Below are positions 62,497-64,000 of a stretch of DNA of 64,000 nt, piece after piece (the first letter of the stretch is position 1; every line of letters starts with the position of its first letter). The stretch is from Podarcis filfolensis (lineage: Eukaryota), in NCBI GenBank assembly GCA_964270895.1, contig OZ185435.1, one strand, 5' to 3'. The position numbers and the translations under genes are program-made. Under the pieces are notes generated by a model. It worked only from the letters and a program-made list of their open reading frames with translations, made no database searches and was not told where the DNA came from.

Positions 62497-64000
62497 GTAG
62501 GTATTTTCATTTGGACGGTATTGAGACAGATACCATCTGTGCATCTTGCTCAGACGCTGCAATATTTAGAAAGATAATCCAACTTAAACACAAGAAAGGG
62601 AGTCACAGATGATCTTCTTCATTTAGCTTTGTATGTATACTAGACTGAAATTTAGTGGGAAAGAGGTCCATTCCCAGGCATATGAAACTAAAACAGAGTT
62701 CCATTTCTGGAATCAGGTCATAATTTAAAATGACAACAAGCACATTGCTAGCCATTTTCAAAACCCTGAGATCCACTTAGTATGTTTTAAAAAAATAAAT
62801 CATTACTGCATTTATATCCTACCTTTTTCTCCAAGGAATTCAAAATGGCATACATGGGTTCCCCCCCCCCTCACAAGAACCCTGTGAGGTAGTTTAGGCA
62901 GTGACTGGCCCAAGTAAGTGTTGAGTTTCCTAGAAGAGTAACAACATCAAGTGGGAATGATGGCAGAGTCGTGAAACCTATAGAGAGTACTTCAAAGGAT
63001 AGCTATTACAAAAAATATATAAAACTTGGAAAGATGAAGGATGATACCATCATCAATTGTGCTATAAAAAGGATATGTTTGTCTGGTGTTTTATTAAAAA
63101 CAAAAACAAAAAACCCTGGTATGCCTGTTCTGCCCTCTATGTTGTCAGTGTGGCACTGTTAGTTTTAGAAAAAGGGTGAAATCAATACTATTATTATTTA
63201 TTAATATTTTGCTCTTCTGCACAGTACCAAAAAGGGGCCTAAGCATCAGGATTAGTAGGCACAGTTCAGGAGGATTTCATTCTTTGTGAAACTAATCTGT
63301 ATTAATTGATTTTCCCCTTGCTGTGGATTAATTGCAGCTCTTTATTAGAAATATTATCAGAAATAAATTATAGACCAGTATAGATTGTTAAGCCTAGATT
63401 TGAGTTGAATGAGGCTAATCAATATGTAAGGCCTGCGATTTAAAGTAGTTCATTAGGCCTCAGGAAAAGCTAAACAGTATATGTGAGAAACATCTCATCT
63501 GGAGCACTAGAAGAAGCTGTGTCCTTAAAAGGGAATAAATGCATTTGTAATTTATAATGGTTATCTCACATCAGATTATTCTATTCCCTTCCATTGTGCA
63601 CAAGGGTTAAGAAGGGAATTAACAAAAGTTGAAAGATGACAATGCAACGGGTCAGGTCTCAAAATGTTATGAGGCAGGCCATTTGTCTTATGTTAATTTT
63701 GGTACCCATGATGGGTTTGGGAAGAATTTAAATTGGGCCATTAAAACCATCATGTCGACAGTACTGCAGCTTCATTAAGTACATGGCATTCTAGGTAAGG
63801 CAGGCAGCTCAGTTTTGACAGCCAATCTCCTACCTGTGGACTATTGAATAAACGGCAACTGATAACATGACTATGTGATTTTGAGTGATACCCTGTATTT
63901 CAACCTCTGTTCCACAAACATAAGAGGAAATATTGATAACCAAGCTGATAGAGGTGCTGCAAGACCAAATCAAATGTATACAGCAAGCACTGCATGCTAA

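Overview
This is vertebrate genomic DNA, almost certainly from a lacertid lizard (Podarcis/Lacerta-like), judged from Sauria SINEs, BovB, CR1/L2 tails and Tigger- and hAT-type MITEs recognised from memory. The only unambiguous protein-coding material is a young, full-length but inactivated Ty3/Gypsy LTR retrotransposon on the minus strand (282-5123). It has a single gag-pol frame broken by 2 nonsense codons and 2 slippage frameshifts, a tRNA-Ser(GCU) primer-binding site, a polypurine tract, a 5-bp TSD, and LTRs that are about 99% identical apart from a 40-bp indel. The rest of the window is AT-rich intronic or intergenic sequence with dozens of short TE copies, microsatellites and one 268-N gap. 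Several CpG-retaining exon- or promoter-like islands lie on both strands, but I could not assign them to a named gene, so they are low-confidence candidates. The most interesting signals are: two short Penelope-like insertions carrying minimal hammerhead-ribozyme cores (17.5 and 18.2 kb); a hAT MITE family built from TTAGGG-containing units; tRNA-Lys and tRNA-Ile SINE heads sharing one CR1 tail; an LTR asymmetry whose direction can be inferred; and a TATA/Kozak/splice-donor module at 22.1-22.3 kb. There is no CRISPR array, rRNA or intact tRNA gene. Repeat family names and the boundaries of old repeats are approximate.
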